A DNA stretch of 64,000 nucleotides, from the NCBI GenBank assembly GCA_009103225.1, contig RHPI01003156.1, positions 612,771-676,770 on the forward strand. The letters are read 5' to 3'. The DNA comes from Chlorokybus atmophyticus. Taxonomy: Eukaryota > Plantae > Mesostigma and Chlorokybus algae. The translations under genes and the position numbers were made by a program. The notes beneath the pieces were generated by a model. That model saw only the letters and a list, made by a program, of their open reading frames with translations. It was not told the origin of the DNA and searched no databases. This document shows positions 42,486 to 55,472 of this stretch, one piece after another (the stretch's first letter is position 1; each line of letters opens with the position of its first letter).

Positions 42486-45400
42486 ATGGGGAAGAAGAAG
42501 GGGGAGGGGGATGTTGAGGGGGTTGCTGGTGGGGGAGGGAGCAGCAAGAGCAAGAAGGGTGCCGGCAAGGAGCGGACGACCAGCAGCGTGCTGGACTCCA
42601 GCTATGCCGCCGCCCCGGCTGCTTCTTCCAAGGATGACAAGAAGGGGGGAGGGAGCAAGGAGCGCAAGACAGTCAGCGTGCTGGACCCCAACTTTTCCAC
42701 CGCCGCCCTCAAGAAAGAAAAGGGCAAGGACAAGAAGAAGGATGCTGGAGCGGCTGTCGAGAAGAAAGGCGCCGGCGGCGGCTATCTGGGCGACATGGAC
42801 CTGCCGCCCTCAGACGAGGAGGACGATGTGGAGCGAGAGGAGGCCGATGAGTTTGATGAGGAAACTACGCGTAGGAGAGAAAAGAGGGACTTGTCCTTGA
42901 CGGTAGACACAGACATGTGCATGCTAGTACACATTGTCTTTCACTCATCTAGCATGTGCTGGTGAAAAGCACCCTTCGCATGCATGCATGTCACAAGCTT
43001 CACGCACACAAGTTTGAGCAACAAGGCACCATGCACTGACTAATATGCATGCAGGTGTCTGCAAGGGAGGTGAAGAAGAAGGAGCAGAAGGAGATGATGG
43101 CCGCAGCCGATGCGGAGAGGATGAAGCAGCTGGCGCTTCAGGAGGATGAGAATGCCTTCTCGGTTGCGCTTGGGAAGGGCAGCGTTGGTGAGGACTCCGC
43201 CTCAGCGATGTCCAGAGACATAAAGGTGTGTGATGTTGCTTTGTAGCATATTGCTGCTGCCCACATGCAAGCATTTGTATCTTGGTATTGTGTAATTGTT
43301 ATTGTTGCAGTTGTCAACTGCTATGTGTCACACTGCATGTCAGCATGCATGCTGAATGCTGTGTTTCGGTTGAAGCATTCTGTCCACGCACAAGCAACAG
43401 AACAGAATGTCAGCACAATTGCAATGCTTGCTCAGTGTGTAGATTTTGGGTTCCAGTGGCTGCTTTGTGTGATAAAGCATTAGTAGTACTGGACGCGTGA
43501 AGTGAACACTTTGTATTCCTTGCAGATTACGAATTTTAGCGTTTCTGCACGCGGCAAGGAGCTTCTGAAGAACACCTCTTTGTCGATTGTTCATGGCAGG
43601 CGGTGAGCCATACTGCAGTAAAACTTAGCACGTGGCTGTTTGGTTAAAGTTAGCAGTTGGCTGACCCACTTTCACAGGTATGGTCTTGTCGGCCCTAACG
43701 GCAAAGGCAAGTCCACGCTGATGAAGCTGCTGGCAAAGAGGCAAATCCCGGTGCCGGAATACATTGACGTGTTGCTCGTGGAGCAAGAAGTGATTGGAGA
43801 TGAACGCACGGCATTGCAGGCTGTGGTAGCTGCGGATGCCGAGCTGGTTGCTTTGAGGGAAGAGGAAGCAAAGCTCCAGGTGTGTGTGAGGGAGTGTGCG
43901 CGCTTGCGCGCATGTGTGTTTAGTATTATCAGGTGATCAACACGTGCTGCTAAAATGCTGTCTTTGTTTAGGCTATGAGTGAGAACATCCGGGAGGATGA
44001 TGCAGATGCAGCGCAGCCCAACGGCGATAGCGCTGAAGGTCAGGATGATGCAGAGGGTCACGAGGATCCCGCCGCCGTCATTGGCGAGCGGTTGAACGAG
44101 ATCTATGAGCGGATGAATGAGATTGGAGGTGAAGCCGCCGAAGCAAAGGCTTCAAAGATTTTGCACGGTCTAGGGTTCACAGAAGCAATGCAGGTACATG
44201 GGGCTTTCTCGTTGTTGTATAATTAGCTTCAAAGTAGCTACTCAGGCCGTCAGTGTGGGCTTCCTGTTGCTTAAGTGAAACACACGCTGTGCAGAATAGG
44301 AGTACCAAGTCTTTCTCCGGTGGTTGGCGTATGCGCATATCGCTTGCGAGGGCCCTGTTCATGCAGCCCACGTTGTTGCTGCTGGACGAGCCGACCAACC
44401 ATCTGGACCTGCGCGCGGTCTTCTGGTTGGAAGAGTACCTGCACAGATGGAAGAAGACGCTCGTGGTCGTCAGCCACGACAGAGACTTCCTCAACACTGT
44501 TTGCACAGGTACGTTGTCTCGGTTGCCACACTGCTTGTTGGTGTGCAATGCATATATGATGTGTCTTGTGTAAGGGATGGGCGATCAATTTGGATCAGTA
44601 GCTTACCTTGTGGTGCTTTGTGGCAGATATCATCCATCTGCATGACCAGAAGCTGCATTTCTACCGTGGCAATTTTGATTCTTTTGATGAGATGCTCGAG
44701 CAGAAGCGACGTGAGGTCAACAAGGCTTTTGAAAAGTACGAGAAGCAGTTAAAGGCCGCCAAAGCCACTGGCAGCAAGGCCAGCCAGGACAAGGTGCGCT
44801 GTTCACTTTGTCCTATGTCCCCTTTGGTCTACAGTTGTGCATTGTTTCACAAGTTACTGTTGGCTATGATCACATACTTGATACTTGTGATTCGACACTT
44901 GAATTGTCTGTAGGTCAAGGCTAGTGCCAAGCAAGCTAGTGAAAAGAGGGCGAAGAGTGCAAAGTCCAAAAAGGGTGCACAGGAGGAAGATGAGGACGAC
45001 ACAGGTTGGCAGCACGTCTGGTGCTTGCTGCGTGCGCTGTACACCCCTTGCGCGCGTGCAGCAAAATATTGACAGCATACTGTGTTTGCAGCTGCGGAGC
45101 CGGTCAAGAAGTGGCAGGATTACATGGTCAAGTTTTCGTTCCCGCAGCCGACAGAGCTGCCGCCCCCCCTTATGCAGCTCCTTGACGTCGCCTTCAGTTA
45201 CCCTGGCAGAGAGGTGAGTGCGGACTCGTGTTTTGGGACTTGTTTTTCCTTACCGGACATAGATTGTGTTAGAGTATTCTTGTGTTATTGACCAAGCTCC
45301 GTTGATTCTGTGTTAGCTGACATTGCAACCCCACACCAGGACTTTGCCATGAAAGACATCAACGTGGGTGTGGACATGGGCACGCGCGTGGCCATAGTTG

Positions 45401-46371
45401 GGCCTAATGGAGCCGGCAAGTCTACGCTGTTGAACCTGCTGGCGGGCGATCTGACGCCCTCGACCGGCGAAATGAGGCGCAGCCACAAGCTCAGGATCGG
45501 CCGCTACTCGCAGCATTTCGTTGACGTCCTGACCATGGATGAAAATCCTGTGCAGTATTTGCTGCGCCTGCATCCGGACCAGGTTTGTTGCTTTGTACGT
45601 CTTTTTGCGCCAACTCTCTGCTGTGCAGCTGTCATGTCCCATTGGTCTTGCGCACGGCATCTCTTTCAATGTACATGCTGCGATGTCTTTGACTGTCAAT
45701 GTTTTGGGGGCGCACACAGGCACGCAGACACTTGCAAACGCACCCACACAAGTGCACGCGTGTGTGCGTGTACATACACAGAACACAATACCAACAAACA
45801 CAATACTGCTGCTATGCAGGTTACGGGGCCTAGTCGACAAGAGTCAATGCGGTCAAAGCTTGGCAAGTTTGGTCTGGACAGCAGGAACCACCTGACCCCT
45901 ATCATCAAGCTGTCTGGCGGGCAGAAAGCGCGCGTCGTGTTCACGCACATCTCACTCTCTGCACCCCACATCCTGCTGCTCGACGAGCCCACCAACAACT
46001 TGGACATGGAGAGTATTGATGCGCTTGCAGGTATGCGTATGTTGTTTGCAGCCGACTGCTTGATATGGTTAACAGTTGGGCTCGTCCCAGACTTTGAACC
46101 TGATGGTTACTACATATTGCAACCAGTTGTGTCTGGCAGAGCTTTGGACTAACCAGCAGTCTGTGTCGCTGTAGATGCGCTCGATGAGTTTGAGGGTGGC
46201 GTTGTGCTTGTCAGCCACGATTCGCGGTTGATATCAAGAGTGTGTGAAGACGAGGAGAGAAGTGAGATTTGGGTTGTGGACGACGGGACAGTCACCCGCT
46301 TCAATGGCGATTTTGAGGAGTACAGGTCGAGTCTCATGAAGGAGATTCAGGATGAGATTGATGCAGACTAG
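42486..46371 (+). CDS. ABCF4: ABC-F family ATPase (plant ABCF4/GCN4-type, translation-associated), multi-exon
   Basis: MGKKK start and [11 protein letters not shown]-terminal motif. Two NBDs: [13 protein letters not shown] / [20 protein letters not shown] and GPNGAGKST / [19 protein letters not shown]. No TM domain. Stop TAG 46369-46371. Confidence 0.94.
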
Positions 46372-46917
46372 TCCAGGTTGCTTAGGCTATTGTGTTTGTA
46401 TGCGTATGCTCTTTGGGCTAGAGTTCATTGGTGGATTGATTGGAGGAAAGCAGTGAGGCTGTTGCGGGAATATATGGCTGTGAATGTATGTAGAAGGGGT
46501 ATGCTGGTATGTCCGCATGCAACTTGAAGTGTAACAAGCATAGTGATATGCATGTGACACTCATCATCATATCACTCACACAAGCCACCACCGGGCTATT
46601 GCTATAGCTACAATCAATACATCTCAGTACTCGGTGGACACCCCGCGGACGGCCATCGGACCATCCACCATATTGACGTGGACGCTGCTGAGGACGCCGT
46701 CCAGGCCGTCCGATCAGCTCGTCACGCCGATGCGAACGCCGCACGTGAGATACACACGTGATATGCCTTCAGCACAACAGGTTTATCAATGGAAGCGTCG
46801 AGTGCTATACGCATACTCATTACAGTGCTGAGTATAGCGAGATTTATAGTCATCAGTGATCAGAGTGTTCGCGGTGCACGTTGTGCCGTTTTACAGCTTG
46901 ATTGAAGGGCGCGCGGC

Positions 46918-48050
46918 ATGGCTAGCGAGATAAGCCGGTTGCCGCCGAGACAACGCGGGTCACGGGCAATTTTGGCTGGAGGCGCGGCGACTTACAAAGC
47001 GACTTATCTTTCTGAGCGGACAGGGCAGAGATGGTGTCCGGCACCTGTCCTTTCCGCGCCTGTGACCTGTCCTCTCTTCCATGATACACATGTATTCATC
47101 ACTACTCTACTCCTAGCCCACCCCGTTAGTAACAGCAGCACGCAAACGGTTCATACCTGCCCACAAGGGCGTGGTCTGGATGTTGTCTTTTGGTAGAGGG
47201 GAGCTGCAGTCGTGGCCAACCATGTTGCAGCAGGTTCAAGTACCCGCAGCCCCGCCAAAAACAGAGGCAGACGTTGCGTTGGCCATGACGCGAGGAGCTG
47301 GCAGCTGAACTCGTGAGGACAGTAACACTGTACACAAATCTGTCAGCATGTGTAGCTGCCTACTTCGAACATGCATAAGCTTTGTGTACTGCGTAGGCAG
47401 CTACGCATGCTAGCATGGCGTTGCACATAGCATTCATTGTCTCATGCTCGCATCACATGCACATTCACCTTCATGGCAGCATGCAATCATCAACAACACA
47501 GCACCTGTATCACCGCCTATGTGGTACTTTTACCCCGCCTACATTCAAACATGCACGACCCCCCAACAATTTTCACAGTCATCATACCGCCCAAAGGGCC
47601 GTTTCAAAGTTAGTTGCATACCACACGGTGTGCGCGTGTGGTATGCGACTAAGTTGTACACGTTGCTAGCAGGTGAGTTGCCTACCCAGTGCACTCAATA
47701 GCAACACATGCGCATTGGTATATACAAAGTATTACATATGGTGTGTACTGAGTGAGTAGCTACACATGCTAGCATATTGTTGCATGCACAGCATTGCATA
47801 TTTTCTACACTCTGTCACGGCATGCTGCGTGTGACATGGTGCGGTAGCAAGCTAGCTTAGCACACAGGGCACTTGTATATAGTACATGTTTTGATTTCGC
47901 CAACACCAGTGCAAGGATGGGTCATGGGCACTTGACCTGCACAAATTCTTGACAGACCAGAGGGGGTAATGTAAGTCACATTCACATATCATGCACAGAT
48001 GCTACCGTACATACAATACAGAGTGCAAATGCGCATGCACAGTGCGGGTA
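46918..48050 (+). CDS. Possible small unidentified gene
   Basis: Open segment ~47480-47670 ends in a strong CAG|GTGAGT donor, with a phase-compatible acceptor near 47998. No homology recognised. Confidence 0.2.
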
Positions 48051-48098
48051 ACAACCGTGTGCTAGCCATTGCTGTCTTAGACGGACAGGTTGTGTACT

Positions 48099-48632
<534 letters not shown>

Positions 48633-49039
48633 CACCCACTACCCTAAGCCAAAAAGGGATAAATCAACAGTGGTCAGCAAGAGTGTGAACACTGTCCACC
48701 ACCCTTCCACCTCATGTTGCTTTATTCTGCTTATATGCGTGCTACACCCACTGCCACATCCACCATCTCCAAGCCCCACACACGTACAAGCACACATGCA
48801 TGCTTCCCTATATATATATCTGTGTGTCGCAGTGTCAGTAATGCTGCACCGACCGCAAACCTAGCACCTAGCATAGCACATGCGCACTGCCAATCCCTGC
48901 CTTGTACTCATAGCCAACGAAAGCTTACGCCAACATCCTTTCTTGTTACAACAATGGCGACACCTGCAAGCCCTTAATTAGCATTGCCGTGACTGACATG
49001 ATCGAAGGCAGGCATGTTTTGAATTTGGTATGCACAGCA

Positions 49040-52000
49040 TACGCGTACATTCACGTTGAGCAGCGTTCCCTTGACAAGAGCCGTGTTGTCGTGGGAGGTG
49101 ATGGCAATGCCTGCGTGGAACGAAGTGGCCAGATCCATGGTTAATGTGGACTTCACCACATATGTCACGCCGTCGGTAGAAGTAACCGCCCAGATTGTGG
49201 ACCCCACCTGGTAGAGATGTGTATGTGTGCGCACAAGCGGGCGCGTGCATGCACATGAACTTGCGTGTTTTGATGTGCGTGCATGTGCTTGCGCTTGCGT
49301 GTGTTTGATACCTTTCCGAGGCGCAGTATAGGTTGGGGATGGTGGTAGGCTGATCGTATTGGTAATAAGTTGGACCACTTGTGACATTTCTGCGAAAGCA
49401 GTCACTTGAGACCAGTCACACATAGCCGGTAGCCGTCATGTTGGTCAGGTGAGTGGGCATTTGACTGGGCATCAGAACACCCACTCACCTCTAAAAGAAG
49501 CCCACCCAGCCAGAGGCCAGTGCAGCCAGATATACGTGCCGAGACGTAGCAGCAAGGCTGTCTCGCAGCATGACACCAACCTGACACAACAACACTGGGG
49601 TTGGCTACACTCACATTGTGTCAATTTTCACCGTTCACGCGTTGGCTACACTCACCCTTGAATCTGGACGGTTGGCCGTTGTGATGCTCATGACCTGCCC
49701 CTCGCCCCGCACGTCGCCAGACACCAACTTGTAGGCGTAGTGGCAGCCGTCCTGGCTGAACCATCTGCAGAAACAAATACAGGTCATCGGAAGTGTGTGT
49801 ATGTGCCTCGCTCACGCCAACAACTTTTTGCTGGATACATACATGTCATAGCCACTCCCAAGAACTGTGAGCGCTCCCGGTGCCCCGTATGTTGCTGAAC
49901 CGGGTACCTGCTCCACTCCTACGGGTGCATCAGCCCAACCAGCCCTGCAACACCAGAGGAATGCACGCATGTGCATGTACTTGTGCGCGAGTGTGCACTT
50001 ACACTGTCGCTCAACCCGATACAATACAACCAGCTTGTTTACTTGTTATGTGTGTGGTTACCAGTAAGTGGAAGCTGAAGGTGGAGGAGGAGGAGAACGC
50101 ACAGGTGGAGGGAGAACAGGGACAGGAGGACGAGGAGGTAGAGGTCGAGGAGGAGGAGGGGGAGAGTGCCGCACCAAAGGAGGTGGGGGTGACATCTCTG
50201 GCATAAAGTACGCTGTGTACGTGCCGGACGGGAAGGGGCCGAGCACGTCGTGGACTTGAGCGCCGCCATCGCTCCATCTGGCAAACACATAATGAACCCA
50301 TTGAGTTGAGCGTCTGGTCGGGGGCAGCGAAAGGGACGGCGGCGTTGGCTAGGGCCTTGTGCATGTACGGGGCGACGTCGGTCTCGGTCCCGGCGGAGAG
50401 AGTCATCCCGGGTGGGAAGAAAGTATTGTCATGTTAGACAGGTTCGGGAACAGGTTACGCATGACGGAGGCGGTGAGGCTGTTGGATGGGTTGGTCGCGG
50501 TGAGGGTCAGGGCGAGGTAGGCATAGTACTCATGGTCCAGGGCGATGAGGTTGAAGGAGAGGGACGACTGCGGGTTGAGAATGTGGTCATGGCATGCCGA
50601 CTCAATCTCCTCACTCACGCAGTGGTAAAGACGCACCGTCCACGAGGGCAACGCCTCCGCCGACACACTCCCCGACATGTGTAATGTGTCCCCAACAGCC
50701 CACTTCACGCCCTCCGGCGGGCCTGTGATGCTCGTGGTGGGGACCTGAGACGCGTCCGATATTGCCGTGATGGTCTGCGTGGCCACGCTGGTGACCCCAT
50801 TCACACTCCTCACTGTGAGAGTCACAACGTACTTCCCCGCCGTGGCATATGTATACATGCAGGTTTGCTTGCCGTTGAGTCCGACTGTCCATCTCCGTTG
50901 AGGTCCCACGTGTAAGTTAAAGGTGCGGGTCCTATCGACCCCGTGGCATCAAACTGGACCTGAAGCGGGGTCACACCCGATGTTGGACTCGACATGATCA
51001 CGGCCGTGGTCACACCAGCACCACTTAGGCGCCAGAGCTTCCCACTGGCAATGTCCACCACGCCCACGACGTCTACCAGCACTTCCAGCTGAGCAGGGTC
51101 AGGGTCCCCATTAGAAACCAGCGGCATGGCCCAGATGCATCGCACAGCGTAATCGCCGTGGAAGAGGGCCCCCTTGTACTTGGCCGGCAGCGCGTTGCCG
51201 GATTTGAATGCCGGCGCCGTCACCTCAATTACCAAAGCGTAAGAGAAAGCATCAATGACGTGAGCATGACAATGTCTGCATTCGGTCCACAGTATCAAGC
51301 CAACCACTTCATGCATGGTCATGCTGTGAAACAGGTAAGTTACCAGGAGTAATTAACCCATGTCCACAGAGTGACAGCACATACTCAGATGATGTTTCCA
51401 ATGTGTGAGTGACTATTGCCTTGTACTGTCACACACCATTACCAGAAAACTCGTTGGTAGCTTTGTATCTATGAACGGTGTCACAGAGATTGCACTCAGT
51501 AAGAGTTGGTTTTCAGGACAGCAGGAGCGAATTGTGTAACACACTGGTTGTTGGTGCTTACTGCGCCGCCGCTTTGGCCCGTGGCGCGGGTGCACAGGCC
51601 GCCGGGGTTGGGCGGTGGGCTTAGTTGCCACGCAAAGAAGGCAGGGACGCGCGGTCGGCCTGCATACTGTTGGCGTTGACCTGGGCGCACATGTTGAGCC
51701 CGAGGTTCTGGTAGTCTCGCATGCTGTTGCCGCCCTCGTAGCATGGCCAGCCCGCGTTCGGGACTGTCCCCATGGATTGCCTGCGGGTCCACGGTGTGTG
51801 GCACACCTCTAAAGGGATGTTGCGTAGGCCGAACATGCACACGCGCACTTTGTCGGTGTTGCCAGCTCTGCTGAGGGGGTTGCCGGGAGCGGCCGCACCG
51901 GTGGTGGGGTCGCTCCCGGCATGCGGATAAGGGTGCCGCCGTAGGCCGGCTTCCACGGGATCTGCACAGACAACAGATGCTGCAAACGCACCGCACCACC

Positions 52001-53051
52001 TTCCGCCGTCGGCACCATTGATGTCTGCCCTGTGAACATGTGTCCACACTCCACACTCAAAACATACGTGTGCGCACACCCACACACGAGAGGGCTGTAT
52101 ATAATCATTATTTCTGTTCCTTTCTGGCGCGAAAGCATACCTGGGGCTGTGCTGGGCTCTCCCCACAGAGATTTTTGTTGGCTTGACCGTAATCAGTGGA
52201 GGTGGAGCTCCCACCCTCTTTATGAAGCTGGAGAATGTTTCTAAACTGGTCGAAAAAGATGAGAGAGAGGGAGACTGCTTTAATCAACACCCTCACCTCC
52301 CCCGCCATAAGACAGGTTCTCCTGGTAATGCTTCCCCCTCAACACCTGTCCTCTACGCTCCAACGATGCGGTTGTCGGGCGTGACCTCGCGCTGAGGCGA
52401 CTGGTGGCGAGGCAGGGGTTGGCCCCGCCGCAGGGCGTCCCCGCGGTGTACTTGACATGGAGGAGGAGGTTGCCGTTGGGGAGCGGACTCGGCTTGAAGC
52501 GCATGGCGAGCAAGCTATGGTCACCCTCCGACGTCAACGGACTGCCCGCAGCCACTAGATCGATCAGAAGCTGGCCCTGAGTCGTGTCGGCCAGACCAGA
52601 CCACACAGATCTTACCCTCCTGAGTTGTGTTGGCGTTGTTGGGTCAGTTTGTTAGTGATAATAGTGATAATGGGGCTTTGCATGAGAAAACTGAGTGGAA
52701 GAGTTGTTTTGCGAGACTTCTGTGGCCTAATGGACAACGGCAGACATATCGAGGCACAGAAGCACACGCAGGTACACTTGCGCACATATGCACAGCCGCA
52801 CACACGCAAATGTGCAGGTACATATGCATGCACGCACACAAACAAAGCGCCAGACTCGCTTTGATGCCAGCAAAGATGCGGCCATCGGGTGCGAGTCGCA
52901 CACAGGTGATGTCGTAGACATACTGCTTCCACAGCACAAGGCTCAGCCCCAGCTGCACCACTTTCTGGGCGCCCACGCCAAGGAGGGGGAGGGGGAGGAG
53001 GAGGAGACTGGCCACAAGGGCAAGGAGTAGAGGGCTTCTGAACTTGGCCAC
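49040..53051 (-). pseudogene. Decayed secreted glucose/sorbosone-dehydrogenase (GSDH) beta-propeller + PKD + Pro-rich linker + ConA-like beta-sandwich gene
   Basis: Signal peptide, then LAPDGRIF..IK|EGKI, GDHSLLAM, DYGQ..NLCG, DPTTGAAAPGNPL..FGLRN, GWPCYEG and YKGALFHGDY..CIWAM. PKD: SGVTPLQVQFDATGS..LTYTWDLNGDG..YATAGKYVVTLTV. Further WAVGD..CHDH..DHEY and WSDGGAQ, an SPPPP linker, then GSGYDM..HYAYKLVSGD..VGVMLRDSL..STDG..AGIAITSHD. GT-AG introns are present. Frameshifts near 52608, 52390, 51920, 51665 and 49325; in-frame TAG at 49491-49493; start codon reads GTG. Confidence 0.8.
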
Positions 53052-55472
53052 GGCGATGAGTATGGCCTTAAGGTGATGGTGGGGGTCTCAGCGGAGTGAC
53101 CTCCAAGCATAAAGGTCATCAACTCGAAGCACAGGGCTGTGGCTGTTCTGGAGGGGTGCAACTCAAACATACACAACAACAAGCGTTGACACTAATGCCA
53201 AACCAACGGCTTATTAAGTCGTTGTTGGAAGTGCTACGGACAGAAGAAGGCCATACGGCAGGCAGTTGTCAACGTCACGCAACTGCGTGCATACAATCTG
53301 GTACGTACCTCATCAAGCAACCCAACTAACATCTTCATGGTGACTTACTCAACCTCCTGCTGTGTTGCTTGCAGTTTTGCCGCCAGTTTCTCTGTTGGTG
53401 CTCCTTTGTATCCAACCTGTCAAGGAGTAGTACAAAAGCACTTGCATTAGCTGTGGTTGTGACGTACTTCCTCTATCTGTTTGCACAGGGTCTCAGTGAC
53501 TAGATGGCACGCTTGGTTCTTTGGCTGACTTTCTGACTCCACGGCAGCAGCGAAGGTAAGCAAGACATGAAATATTCACCAGCTAGCAGCGGTTGCATGC
53601 TGCTACAGTCACTTTCTGACACCAACAACAATGACATTGACAGATCTGGTCTGTTCTGCGTGCTTGTCACACATGCAAGGGGTATATACTAAATTGCAGG
53701 TACCTGACAACGGTACATGTGACTTACGGCCAAAACGCATTGCCAAGAAGGAAGGACGAAGGAAGAAGAAGCCGCTTGCCCTGTCACATCCATCAGATCT
53801 ACGCTGGAGGCAGGCAAACAGGCAGCTGGCAAGCAGGAGCGAGAGAGAGCGATATATATAGAAACGGAGAGAAAGAGTGACAGAAACAGATTGCCATAGA
53901 TAGTGGGCCCACCAAAGAAGAAGGCTTTCTCGCCTGGATTTTGTCTTTTTGTCAGTCAAAAACGCCTTTCCTTATCCGCTTGCGTTTCCTCTTCCTCTGC
54001 TTTGTCATCGTTGCTGTTGTTGTTACCCGTGTCAACACGTTTGGTAAGGCGAGGCCACATCTTGTTGTTGACATCATGTAAGTACGCGCGACGGTGTTCC
54101 GTCACACGCTGCTGAAGCGTCATCCGTGGATGGCGCCGTCACGGGCCCTCCAGTCATGTCAACTGACGTGACTTGGGCCCGCAAGCACGCGTGAGCAGGA
54201 ATGCGACACACAAGTCACAGTCAGAGAACCTGCCAGCTTGTGTGCGATAGAGCAAGGCGGCAGTAAACAAAGCACCAAGACAAACAGAGAATAGGGGACC
54301 CAGATCAGCACTCTAGCCTACACTAGACCACCACAACGACCGCTCGACTGCTAGACGCTCGACTAGGTGCATGCGGCGCATCACATCATGTGCTGTGCCT
54401 GCCTGCCGGCCTATGCCAGCGAGGCTAGCTGTGTACATGTGTACATATGTACAGTAGTGGTTTTGTTTGGCTAGCCACTGGGACCCTCGTTCCGCCCTGT
54501 GACGCATGCACAGCGCATACCTTGGGGTTGGCCGCGCACATTTCCTGGATACAACTGACGGCATGCTGCATAATCGGAGTGGCAGAACTTGATGTGGAGT
54601 TGGGCTTACCTGGCCCCTTTCAGATGATGTCAGCCATGTCTACTGACAGCAACTGCGTGGGGTCACCAAGGCAGCGGAGTGGCAGCCAAAGGAGTCAACA
54701 CATTGCCGTTGTCAATAAATCCTGCTCGCTCATGACACATGCGACAGTGCGGGCACATGTACCTGCACAAGCGAGCGCACATGCGCACAGGGGGATATCA
54801 CACAGGTGCGCAGCACAGACTCTTGCTTGGTTTCCTCTAGCCGGTTATCAACAAGTCTCCAGCGCCCTGCCTTAGGATTGGCAAGCATGCAGAGAAGACC
54901 CACGTGCAAGAAGTCTCAACCCAAGGTTGCTTGAAGTGCATGCCACGTTGGGGCTGCCTTGCTGGCACCAAAACGTTGCTGTCTAAACAACTTGGAAGCA
55001 ATATTACCGACGACAACAGTGACCAGGCATTGTTTCAACAAGTTGCCTGTGCACAATACAACACGCACGCATTCAGCTAGTACCGTACATGTGCTGAAAG
55101 TCACCTACCACGCCTGTGAGGAGGTCATCTGCAACCAACTCAGCCACCTCCGCGTACGCGCACAGACAGCATGCATCAATGGAACTTGCACAACTGGCAT
55201 GCACAGACTATGACGTCACAACAAGCTTCCAGCATGATACATGTACAGGAAAACATTGGGCCGTCCTGTAGACAGCCAACTATTCACAACACAACCCTTG
55301 GCTGTCCTAGCAACTACACAGTAGAGTGTACCACACAACAACTACAACAGGGTCAACAGGACACAACGTACTACAACGACACAATCGCTTGCTGACTTAC
55401 AGGCAATGCACAGCCCTATACACACAAGATTGTACAACAGCTGTGACCGCTCTGTCTACACAAGGAGCCGTT

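Noticed and set aside
49040-53051. Bacterial contamination as the explanation of the GSDH-PKD sequence
   Set aside because: It is interrupted by GT-AG introns with the same CA/TG-rich composition as neighbouring host introns, and is contiguous with host sequence on the AGO side.
53609-54115. Short basic ORFs with NLS-like runs (KKEGRRKKK, KQRKRKRKR)
   Set aside because: Purine-rich low-complexity sequence with no consistent exon chain, probably UTR or intergenic.
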